DNA from: Octopus sinensis
Taxonomy: Eukaryota
Assembly (NCBI RefSeq): GCF_006345805.1
Contig: NC_043026.1
Coordinates: 4,588,001-4,652,000, forward strand
DNA length: 64,000 nucleotides
Direction of reading: 5' to 3'
Each line of letters starts with the position of its first letter. Position 1 is the stretch's first letter. Made by a program: the position numbers and the translations under genes. Positions 51,624 through 64,000 of the stretch are shown piece after piece. The notes under the pieces are model-generated. The model saw only the letters and a list, made by a program, of their open reading frames with translations, searched no databases and was not told the DNA's origin.

Positions 51624-52035
51624 GAAATTAATTGTATACAGTGCTCAAGTGCACCACAACTTGTGAGAAAGTGCATATAAAGTATATGCAGTAATGTAGA
51701 AATGTCTGGAAAGCGAACAATGTATGAGTCAGATACATGCTTGTGTGTGTATGGAGGGGAGAAAATCAAGTGTAGTGTTGGCGAATCTCAGGAAGCATGG
51801 AAGTTTTGAAGGATGCAGTGCTCCGACAACTAACAACTGATGCCGGCAGTTTGTTCCACGCTTCAGCAACTCTCAGCGTGAAAAAATGTTTCCTGAAGTC
51901 ATGGGAGCTGTGCTGTTTTCTTACTTTGTAAATATGTCCACGGGTGTTAGATGGGTGGAGTTTGAAAAGGTGCTCAGAGTTATTGTTTGTACGATGGTTG
52001 ATATTTTTATGGGTGTCTGCCAAGTCAGCTGCCAA
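51608..52035 (-). mobile_element. CR1/L2-like LINE 3' end, same family as 32548-33495
   Basis: [10 protein letters not shown]...[16 protein letters not shown], near-identical to 32560-32960. Confidence 0.9.
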
Positions 52036-52193
52036 TATATATATATATATATATATAATATATATATAATATATATATATATATAATATTATATATATAT
52101 ATATAATATATATATATATATATAATATATATATACACACATATATATATATACATATATATATATGTATATATATATATATACACATATATG

Positions 52194-52241
<48 letters not shown>

Positions 52242-52271
52242 TATACATATATATATATGTGTGTGTGTATG

Positions 52272-52389
<118 letters not shown>

Positions 52390-52394
52390 TATAC

Positions 52395-53695
52395 ATAAAG
52401 GCGTTTCACCTTTACCAGTATTATATTACTCTTCAAAAAACAGGTGGATGAATGAACACTTGTTCACAGAATGGTTCATACAAGAATTTGTGCCAGCTGA
52501 ACAAAAGCACTCTCACAAATGTGGTAAATCTGATTCAAAGTGCCTGCAGCTATTAGACAATTGCAGAGCACATCCTCAAGACACAAAACTAGTGTCATCG
52601 TGTGGGAATGTTTTTACGTGCTACTTACCACCGAATGTGACATCTCTCATTCAACCTCTGGAGCAAGGGATTATTTGGAGCTTAAAACGTTTCTACAGAA
52701 ATGATTTCATGATGAATATGATAAATAGCAATGTTAGTATAGGCAGTTTCCAGTGCAATTTTACCATCAAAGAGGCCATTTTTTCCCTTGCAAGTGCATG
52801 GAATCAGGTTTGAGCAGGCACATTAACAGAAGCGTGGGGGAAATTATACCCAGCGTCTTGTGCTCCTAAAGTGAAAGAAGCAGAAAATGTATCTGGAGTA
52901 CAAAATATTCTTGAAAGTAGAGGATTTCCAACCAAACACACCGTTCTTCAATCACTTGATGCAAATGGAATTGAAATGTGGGTTTGACAAGATGAAGAAA
53001 ACACTAAACAATGTCCTGAAGAAAATATTGGTCATGAAATTAGTGACAGCAACAGCTCCCATTTGAGTGAATCTTATGTAAATGGCCAAGAACACTCTAA
53101 TGAGGAAATATCATGGAATAAGATGACAGAAAAGTCTATGGAGATAATGATAAAATTTCTAGAAAGAAATCCTTACTTTAGTGACAACTATTTTTGGCAA
53201 GCAATGTCACTTTGAAAGGATATGATCATAAAGAGACTACAGCACGAGGAAATAGTGGAGTTTGGTGATCGCTTGAGGAATGCAATGGCAGACCCCGTCA
53301 GTTTGATAAATGAAGACAGAAACAAAAGTGAAGAAGCTCATTCAATGAACGCATAAAAGTATTCTACATTGGTGATTGATTGTTAAATGCAGATAATTTA
53401 TGTAATAAATACCTAACAATTAACATTTATTTAATTAGAAAAAAAATTTGAAAGTAAATTAACATTATTTAATATTAATTTATTTTCAAATTTTTTCCCC
53501 CCAAGCAATGATATTTAACAATTCTTTAAAATATATAATGTGCTCATCTTAATATATACATTAAATACTAGAGGGGGTACCCGGAAATGTAAGAGGAAAT
53601 ATTTTCACACCCTTATGCATTTTCTTCCCATAATTTGAACAGCATCCTCTAACTTGAACATAGCACATGTTCGAATTAGAGTAGTTCTACTGTAT
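52395..53695 (+). mobile_element. pogo/Tigger-type DDE transposon remnant
   Basis: [11 protein letters not shown]...LLDNCRAHP...[25 protein letters not shown]...AWNQV, and a terminal ...gttctactgTA. Confidence 0.85.
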
Positions 53696-54296
53696 ATACA
53701 TACAGGTGGAGGTGCATGGCTTAGTGGTTAGGGTGTTGGACTCATGATCGTAAGACTGCTGTTTCAATTCTTGTACCAGGTGATGCTTTGTGTTCTTGAC
53801 CAAAACACTTCATTTCACTCAAAAATGAATTACCATAAAAACCCATGTAATTTGCGCACCTGTGTAATTTACGCAGGTGATTTTTAGGATAAAATTTGTT
53901 AGAAAAAGCTTCTGCTCATGTAAAATTCTCACCCAAAAGTTTTCAGAATTTCTGGCGAGACAGCTGCAGGAGAAATGCCCAGCCAAAGATAAGCCCCTGT
54001 AAATTGGCTTTCGTTGACATGGAGAAAGCCTTTGACAGGGTCCCCTTGTGTATAATACACACCCCTTTTCTAAATTGAGTCGTGCATAATTAAGCCAGCA
54101 GCACCTAGTCAAACAAACACTTCCGCGCATGCGTAATACAATAATGGTGATGTTCTTAACTGTTATATGGGAATGTAAATATGTTTGCAAATTGTTTTTG
54201 TTATGGATTATTCTGTGTTCTGAATACTTTTATTTTAATAAATGTTGCTTATTGCAAGTTATAGATGATTCTTCATTGCTTTCAGGCTTAGCTTAA

Positions 54297-55369
54297 CCCT
54301 TTCGTTACTATATTTCTGACCAAAATACACCCCTTATGTGTTTCAATTAATTTCTAACGTAATCATAAATTTAGTCTGGTTTCATTAAACAACTATAACT
54401 TTTTTATTTATCAATATATTAACATGAATTTTGGAAGATAATTTAATGAAATGTTCTCAACCAATTCTATACTATAATTTTTGTCACAAAGTGACTCTAA
54501 TTGCAGGCAGATACAGGTAAATTCAACAATATATAAAATTATTAAAATTTTGTTCAAACATCGCTATAGAAAATGGGTTATTAGCTAATATTCAATTGGG
54601 TATACAACAAAATTTTACGATAGAATTTGTTATTCTTGGTAACTTTCTGATACCCATAATAATATTTATGGCAAAATAGGCCTTAATTTCATTTTAGGTT
54701 GTGGGAAATAACAAACTATCCTTTCTTTCACTTTGTTTACGTTTAGCGTAACGGTTCGTTTCCGCCGTAATGATTTCAAATAGGCTCATTCGAAAAAGTA
54801 AAAAGAAATAGTTTAAGGCTTTACTCTTCTGGGAAAGTCTGTGGCTTGGTCCAGTTTCTTCAGAAAAATCACCGAAAGAAACAGTTTTTAAATTTTCACT
54901 CCATTCAGGTGCCAATTCATTTTCTTTATCGCTGTCGGAGCTCTCAAATTCACTGTTTTCACTTTCGGAAAATGAAACAGATTCATTATCAAATACCACA
55001 TGCTTTTTTTTTCAGTCATAGAATTAGATTTATGAAGGTCTTCAGTAGAAAATCCTTCGAATTCTGACTCGCTGCTTGATATAATGAAATTCGTATCCAT
55101 TTTTTGTCAGAATTACAAATTTTGAAAACACAATAGGAACAAATTTCGGAAAAAAATCTCCCAAAATTCACGGAATTAAAATTACACTTCGATTATTGTT
55201 CAAAACTGTAGTTGAACTCTTTACGAAGTATAATACGTGTTTTCACGAATGTACTAAAGAGATTTGCTCTGATATTCTCATTTAAATATGAATAGGTAAA
55301 TTCGGGCGGTTTGGGGCGGCTTGGTCACATTAACCAAAATTTTTTTCGGGCGGTTTGGTAACGAAAGGG
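54297..55369 (-). mobile_element. Internally deleted piggyBac element
   Basis: TTAA-ccctttcgttac...gtaacgaaaggg-TTAA. The minus strand encodes an acidic N-terminus and YFFLLFRMSLFEIITAETNRYAK, resembling the piggyBac transposase N-terminal region. Confidence 0.85.
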
Positions 55370-55574
55370 TTAAGGCATTTTCATGCCCGACATCACAAAA
55401 TGCGTCTGAATAAACATTGCCAGACAGCAAATAGAGACTCGGACATTGCTTGGAAAATAGTTTTCAATTTTAACCTTGTATATAGCACGCACTAGGGATT
55501 TTGACCTTTAAATTTTGGTGGGAAAAAATGCGGATTATACTCGAGGATTTACGGTTTATATATATATATATGCA

Positions 55575-55960
55575 GAAGTGGCTCTGTAGTAAGAAACTTG
55601 AATGTGGTTGCTTCTCAACCACATTATTGTAGGTTCAGTCCCATTGCTTGGTACCTCGGGCAAGTGTTTTCTACCAAAGCATTGGGCTAATTAAATATGT
55701 GTGAGTGGATTTGGTAGACTGAACTGAAAGAAGACCAACCCTAAACCTAATTTTTGTATTTGTGCCTTGCCACTGCTTGACAATCCATGGCAGTGTGTTC
55801 ATATCCCCGTAACTTAGTGGTTTGTCAAAAGGGACCAATAGAATAAGTACTGCACTGACAAAGAAAATAAGTGTAGGGTGAATCGATTTGACAAGCAAAG
55901 AATACCCCAAGGCAGTGCCCCAGCATGGCCACAATCTAATGACTGAATCAAGTAAAATAT
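55575..55960 (+). mobile_element. Diverged tRNA-SINE copy (further copies ~58010-58460 -, 58520-58920 +, 59000-59390 -, 63478-63900 -)
   Basis: Same box A/B head, gggcaagtgt core and ccagcatggcc tail as 19398-19800. Confidence 0.78.
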
Positions 55961-56569
55961 TGAAATATACACACATATACATAAATACATACATAAGTAC
56001 ATGCTAATATGATCTGGCAGAGTTTCTAAAGCTGGATGCCCTTCCTAACACCAACCATTCCGAGAGTATAGCGGGTGCTTTTACGTGTCACTGGAACGAG
56101 GGCCAGTCAGGCAGTACTGACATTGACCACGCTCAAATGGTGCTTTTTACATGCCACCTGCACAGGAGCTAGTCAAGCAATGCTGGCAACGGCCATGCTT
56201 GAATGGTGCTTTTTACATTCCACCGGCACCAGAGTCGGTTAGGTGGCACTGGCATCAATCATGCTCAAATGGTGCTTTTAACGTTCTACTGGCATGGGTT
56301 CCAGTCAGGCGGTACTGTCATTGGCCATAATAACAATATCATATGCCTCAACAGAGACCATTGCCCAATAATTGAAGGGTACTCTTAAATAGGCTGGTTA
56401 TGCAGCATTGGCATAGGCCATGGTTATGTATGTATGTATATATATATAAATATATATATAATTGCATGGCAATTTTTAACATTTATGTATTAGTCTTGTT
56501 GGGTACCTCTCTAGCAGTATATTGGATATATGTTATCCCATGGTGGGTTGAATTTTCAACCCCTATCTC

Positions 56570-56677
<108 letters not shown>

Positions 56678-56705
56678 TATATACATATATATATACATAT
56701 ATATA

Positions 56706-56752
<47 letters not shown>

Positions 56753-57073
56753 ATATATATATACTACATGTATATAAGTTAGAGAAGAAGTACCATGTAA
56801 CATTTACCTAGAACTAAATTATGTACTATTTATTTATTATTTTGTACTTTATTTAGTTCTACATAAATGTTTTATCGTATCTTTAATTTTTTCCTACATG
56901 GTATGATTTAAGTATATCATTGCTGAATTGCTACATGGTGGTTCTTCTCTGATTTACATACATGCATCATATATTGTGAAATTTGATTTAGTATTACTAA
57001 ATTGAATTTCTCCCTGTAAGTTAGGAATCATATTCCCTAATGTTATTATATATATATATATATATACATATAT

Positions 57074-57106
<33 letters not shown>

Positions 57107-57369
57107 GATATGAGATTAAAGCTTTCTCAAGGCATTAACTTAAAAAGATGGTTTCCCGGATTCTGTAGCGTATATATTTCCCCGCAGAATAGGAAGGTGG
57201 GCCATCGCTGGATTGCTCATTTTTATCAGCTAATTAGTTTGGGGTAAGTGGAGTGAAGGGTTTTGCTCAAGAAAGTAATCTCTCACCCAATCCAGGAAGA
57301 GAAACTTCGATCTTAAGAAAGACTCACATGCAGGCACACCTACACATGTATACATATATATATATATAA

Positions 57370-57418
<49 letters not shown>

Positions 57419-57575
57419 ACACACACACACTCACACACAAATATACACCTTTATATATTCATACACATAAATACATACATGTTCACACCCACAGTTATAT
57501 ATATATATGCATAATTGTACTGAGAAAATGTTTTTCAATTGAAATTTTCCCAGGCCACTTGTTGACTCTGTTTAA

Positions 57576-57795
57576 CCCATTAGTGTTTAAACCGGCTGTA
57601 TCCGGCCCAAATATTCTACACATTTATTGCTCAAACTGGCCAGAACATGCATCTCACACCTACCCTGCAATGTCACTCCAAAAATAAGCAATTACATCTT
57701 TCCTATCTTGAAGGTACAAAATAATATCAGATAATTTTTTTTAAATGTGAATAAATAAGGATTACTTTTGACAAATTAATCTGAACGCTAAAGGG
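57576..57795. mobile_element. piggyBac-type MITE
   Basis: TTAA-cccattagtgttta...tgaacgctaaaggg-TTAA. Confidence 0.75.
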
Positions 57796-58648
57796 TTAAG
57801 CCAAACAAAAGCTTTCTAAGAAAGTGTATCATGTGAATGCTTATCCAAGTGTAAATAACACCAATTAGCAATTTTGACTTTGCATTCAGACACAAAATCG
57901 ATTCATTGAATGTATCTCTTTGCAATTTGGGATTTCCAAACATATACCCTCATCCACCCATTTATACACACCCACATACATACATTCATTCTTATAACAA
58001 CAAACAACTTCAATTGTCTATATCTTTTATTCTTTACTTGTTTAAGACTGTGGCCATGCTGGGGCACTGCTTTCAAGAAGATTTTGCTAAATTTATCAAC
58101 CTGAGAACTTAATATTTTAAAACTTGGGGCTTATTCTAAGGGTCTCTTTTGCCAAACCGTTAACTGATGGGGACATAAACACACACTCACCGGTTGCCAA
58201 GCAGTGAGAGGGGGAACAGACATAGACACAGATACACACTCACAGGCAGATGCACACAGATACACGCTCAGATGCACACACGTACACATATGGTTTTGTA
58301 TATATGTACACATATATAAGGTGGGCTTCTTTTAGTTTCCCTTTACCAAATCCAAACAAGTGTTTAATCACTCTGTCACTATCGTGGAAGACACTTGCTG
58401 AAGGTGCCACACAATGGGACTGAACCCAGAACCATGTGGTTGCGAAGCACATTTCTTACTACACAGACATGCCTGTACACACACACACACATAGCTTTTA
58501 TTTCCATAATAAGTTTACTTCCCAAGCACATGGTTCAGGGTTCAGTCCCACTACATGGCACCTTGGGCAAGTGACTGCTACTCTAACCTCAGGCCAACCA
58601 AGGCTTTGTGATTAGATTTGGTAGATGGAAACTGATAGAAGACCATTG

Positions 58649-58703
<55 letters not shown>

Positions 58704-59558
58704 GTGTGTGTGTGTGTGTGTGTCTTCACGTCTGTGTGTGTTTTGGTGTGTCTCTGTCCTTGTACCTAAGCAGTTCAGCAAAAGGTACCAATAGAATAAG
58801 TTCCAGACAAAGAAATGAAATATGTGCAGAGTCAGTCCATTTGAATGGCAAAGAATACCCCAAGGTGGTGCCCCAGCTTGGCCGTAGTTTAATGACTGCA
58901 GGATCCAGTAAAAGATCAACATACACATACAAGTAAATATATTTACATGGTTATGTTCACACATTTGTTAATATACGTGTGTATATATATATCTTTTCTC
59001 TCTTTTTCTCTCGTTTACTTGTTTCAGTCTTTTGACTGCGGCCATGCTGGAGCACCACCTTCAAGTAGAGTAAATCGACCCCAGGACTTATTCTTTGTAA
59101 GCCTAGTACTTATTCTATCAGTCTCTTTTGCTGAACCGCTAAGTTACGGGGACATAAACACACCAGCATTGGTTGTCAAGCAATGGTGGGGGGACAAACA
59201 TATACACACATACATATATATACATATATACGACGGGCTTCTTCCAGTTTCCGTCTACCAAATTCACTCACAAGGCTTTGGTCATCCCGAGGCTATAGTA
59301 GAAGACACTTGCCCAAGGTGCCATGCAGTGGGACTGAACACAGAACCATGTGGTTGGTAAGCAATCTACTGACCAAACAGCCACTTCTACATATATATAT
59401 ATGTGTGTGTGTATATATGCATATGTATGTGTGATAGACACTCCAATTGAAAACAACATACGAGCATCCATCTTTTGCCCAAAGGTCTGCAGAAACAATT
59501 CCTTTACAGTGATGAAATGTTCATGCTATACTTTCACTCACTCTACTCATCAAATACA

Positions 59559-59598
<40 letters not shown>

Positions 59599-59763
59599 CA
59601 TATATATACATATACATACATATACATATACATACATATACATATATATATATATATACATATACATACATATACATATACATGTATATACATATACATA
59701 TATATATATACATATACATATATATATATACGTATACATATATATATATACATATATATATAC

Positions 59764-60005
59764 TGTTGTGTCTGGGGAAAGTCATTCACTTTTAGTGCCT
59801 TATTATTTAACACACTCACTGGTAAAATTTCCACTTATTTCTTATTTTTATTTTCTAAAATTTTCGTTGCGTCTTGCAACCTTTTCAATAGTCTTGACGC
59901 AACGAAAATTTTGGAAAATAAAAATAAGAAATAAGTGGAAATTTTACCTGTGAGTGTGTTAAATAATAAGGCACTAAAAGTGAATGACTCTCCCCAGACA
60001 CAACA
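59764..60005. repeat. Hairpin palindrome, ~110-bp arms, 22-nt loop
   Basis: tgttgtgtctgggga...cgttgcgtc versus gacgcaacg...tccccagacacaaca. Confidence 0.92.
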
Positions 60006-60299
60006 GAATATGCTTCAACACAAGAACTCACATAAAGAATCTTGCAAACCAAATCCAAAAACGAAATATATATATACACACATATATATACATACATACA
60101 TATGTGTGTGTGTATATATATAAATAAATAATACATATAAATATATATGTATAAATATACATAATACGTGTGTGTGTGTGTGTATTTATATATATATATA
60201 TATATAAATAAATAATACACACACACACATATATATATACATATATATAAATTTTGGCATTGAAAGCTACACCAATGCCAGAACGGGACGACACTGCAT

Positions 60300-60600
60300 A
60301 GTGCCAAGATCCCAGCAATGCTATCGCACTTCGGGATTCAGGGGCCCACAGCTTTTTAATATTCTCCTAAAGAACCTGAAGAACTTGCACAAAGTAAATG
60401 TAGGAGATTTTAAATCAAAGCTGGACCTCTTCCTGTCGAGAGTCTCAGATGAACCTCCCTCACGTCAAGAGGTGTAAATAAGGGTGGCTACATCAAACTC
60501 CATTCTTTACCAAGTGCCACATATTGAAGGAGGCACTCAGTAATAACAGTGTAGCAGAACGGCAGTCGCTCCAGCATGGCCACAGCTCTGAGCTGAAACT
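60300..60600 (+). mobile_element. CR1/L2-like LINE 3'-end fragment
   Basis: [42 protein letters not shown]. Confidence 0.65.
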
Positions 60601-60645
60601 ACAGAAATAAAATATATATAATACATATGTGTGTGTTTTGATATT

Positions 60646-60689
<44 letters not shown>

Positions 60690-60694
60690 TTACA

Positions 60695-60735
<41 letters not shown>

Positions 60736-60743
<8 letters not shown>

Positions 60744-61384
60744 ATGAGGGTGTCTAAGAGACACCAACATGCCGAAATAGCAGTCGAAACTCTGACTATA
60801 AAAACCACGTTAAGTGTTCATATCGCACCATGAGATAAGACAGAGGGACAAAATATACAAGCAAAAATTATTGAATAATTCAAGATCCAGGATTTCTGGT
60901 TTTGCTTTAAATAAGCTTTACCGTCATCGGTTGAATATATCAAGAGTACATAAATACAGATATATATATGCAGAACAAACGATATACTTACATACACGAA
61001 CGCCCATACATAAATACATATGCACGTATGCACGCGGCCAGTTAAATTACCCGCCGAATCATCCCATAAGTACGATACTGGCCGCGTGCATACGTGCATA
61101 TGTATTTATGTATGGGCGTTCGTGTATGTAAGTATATCGTTTGTTCTGCATATATATATCTGTATTTATGTACTCTTGATATATTCAACCGATGACGGTA
61201 AAGCTTATTTAAAGCAAAACCAGAAATCCTGGATCTTGAATTATTCAATAATTTTTGCTTGTATATTTTGTCCCTCTGTCTTATCTCATGGTGCGATACG
61301 AACACTTTAACGTGGTTTTTATAGTCAGAGTTTCGACTGCTATTTCAGCATGTTGGTGTCTCTTAGACACCCTCATTTTTAATT
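60736..61384. repeat. Long palindrome, ~307-bp arms, 34-nt loop
   Basis: 60736-61042 is the near-exact reverse complement of 61077-61384. Confidence 0.95.
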
Positions 61385-61467
61385 GTTAGAAATTATTACC
61401 TTTGTAAGGTATTTTTCCCATGCTGGCCACTTGATAATATGGATACTTAAATATCGATATTATCCTC

Positions 61468-61518
<51 letters not shown>

Positions 61519-62688
61519 ATATCAATATCATCATCGTTTAACGTCCGTTTTCCGTGCTACCACGGGTTATATATGTATAGTACATACATACATATATATA
61601 TTGAATATATACCAAATAATTGTCGTCACATATTACGTTTACAGATATATATATACACACATATATATATATATATATACACATACAAAAAACATACATT
61701 AATGCATACTACATACGTATGTGACGGTGGCACGTAAAATGCATCATTCAAGCATGCTTGATGCCAGCACTGCCTCAGTGGCCCTGATGCCTGTGGCACA
61801 TAAAAAGCACCAACTTCACTCTCAGAGTGCTTGGCATTAGGAATGGTATCCAACTGCAGAAACTTTGCCAGATGAAATTGGGGCCTGGTGCAGCCTTCTG
61901 GTTTGCCAGCCCTCAGTCAAACCGTCCAATTCATGCCAGCATGGAAGCAGACGTTAAAGACGACGACGATGATGATGATACATATATGTCTATATGTATG
62001 TATGTATTTGTAGCCCTCTTAGACATGCCAGTGGCCCCTCAGACAGCCATAGTTACCAGCTATGCTGACGATACAAAATTATCAGAGGCAATAAAATAAT
62101 CAAAGATGACATCGCAAGATTACAGCTGGGGCAAACGACTGAGAAAAGCGGCAAGACCATGGTGGTGCTCCAGCATGACCACAGCTACATGTGTAAAGAA
62201 ATGTGTAAAAGAATTATATGTCTGTGCGTGTGTGTATTATGAAACCATATCAAAACTTTCCTGAGTCATTGACTCACACAGCACAAATTATCGACTCATA
62301 AGGCCGGTTTCACTGATTCTGTAGCGTATATATTTCCCCCAATGAAGAGGAAGGTGGGCCATCGTTGGATTCCTTGTTTTTACTAGCTGAATAAATTGGG
62401 GGAAGTGGAATGAAGAGTGTTGCTCAAGAAAACAATCTATCACCCAATCCAGGAATAGAAACCTTAATCTTAGTATCATGAGTGCAACACACTAAGAATG
62501 TGCATCCACACACTCACACAGACACACATACACAAACACACATGTACAGGGGTATAAATATACACAAGTATACACCCTTATATATACATATATAATTATA
62601 CATATATATATACAAATAAATACATACACACACAGTTACAGTAAATATATATATGCATATACATACATATATATATACACACACACAC

Positions 62689-62734
<46 letters not shown>

Positions 62735-63190
62735 GCACAGTAATACTTTTCAAGTTAAAATTTTCCCACGTTATTTGTTGATACTCCAACAAAAGCTTTC
62801 TAAGAAAGTGTTTTATGAGAATGCTTATCCAAGTGTAATTAACAACAATTAATAATTTTGACTTCGCATTCGTCATACCTATTTGAGTTTTGGCATTTCT
62901 AAACATAGACACTCATACACCCATTTATATACACTCACACAGATGCCTGCACATGCACACACATATCAATAAATATATATATATATATATATATATCATC
63001 ATCATAATCATCATCATTTAGCGTCCGCTTTCCATGCTGGCATGGGTTGGACGGTTACGCATACATATACACACATACACATACACATATGCATACATGC
63101 ACACACACTCACATAACATTCATTGATACTGCCTTTGGCTGATCAGAAAATTGTGATCCTTTTGTGAGAAGAAAATTGAAGAAAACCCCT

Positions 63191-63248
<58 letters not shown>

Positions 63249-63274
63249 CATATATACATACATATATATATATT

Positions 63275-63312
<38 letters not shown>

Positions 63313-63318
63313 CATATA

Positions 63319-63351
<33 letters not shown>

Positions 63352-63415
63352 GTATATGGATATATATATACATACATGTATATATATACATACATATATA
63401 TATATATATATATAA

Positions 63416-63454
<39 letters not shown>

Positions 63455-63652
63455 CATATATATATCTTTTATTATTAACTTGTTTTAATCATTTGTCTGT
63501 GGCCATGCTGGAGCACCGCGTTTAGTAAGACTAGTGCTTATTCTATCGGTCTCTTTTGCCAAACCGCTAGGTTACGGCGATGTAAACACACCAGATTCGG
63601 TTGTCAAACGATGTTGGTGGTGACACAGACACACAAATATACACACACACAT

Positions 63653-63740
<88 letters not shown>

Positions 63741-64000
63741 TATGACGGGTTTCTTTCAGTTTCCTTCTACAAAATTGACTCACAAGCTTTTTGTCGGCCC
63801 GGGGCTATAGTAGAGGACACTTGCCCAAGGTGCCACGCAGTGGGACTGAACCCGGAACCATGTGGTTGGTAAGTACGCTACTTACCACACAGCCACTCTT
63901 GTGCCTATAAAGTGAAAAGACACACGAAATACCATTAAACATTTTGGCCGGCATGCAAACGATTCTGCCAGCTCCGAGGTCGACTTTGTTCATTCATGCA

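Overview
Repeat-dense, AT-rich animal genomic DNA. It is most consistent with an octopus (coleoid cephalopod) C2H2 zinc-finger cluster; this is inferred from the ZNF array style, the SINE family and the extreme (TA)n density. One long intact host ORF is present (37282-41463, 1393 aa, one coding exon behind a splice acceptor). It appears to consist of about five tandem NHL-like beta-propeller units, followed by a frameshifted continuation to 42704 that holds a probable sixth unit. A decayed partial paralogue of this gene (601-2330) is joined in frame to a C2H2 zinc-finger array (1-600). The rest is a second ZNF pseudogene and mobile DNA: a Penelope-like element, a young CsRn1-type Ty3/gypsy with two LTRs, two RTE LINEs, CR1/L2-like fragments, Tc1/mariner, Tigger and piggyBac remnants, MITEs and many tRNA-derived SINE copies. 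There are also two minisatellites, a ~2.2-kb compound tandem repeat with one inverted unit, and several long palindromes carrying hammerhead-ribozyme-like motifs. A 100-N assembly gap lies at 50569-50668. All identities were estimated by eye and no database searches were run.
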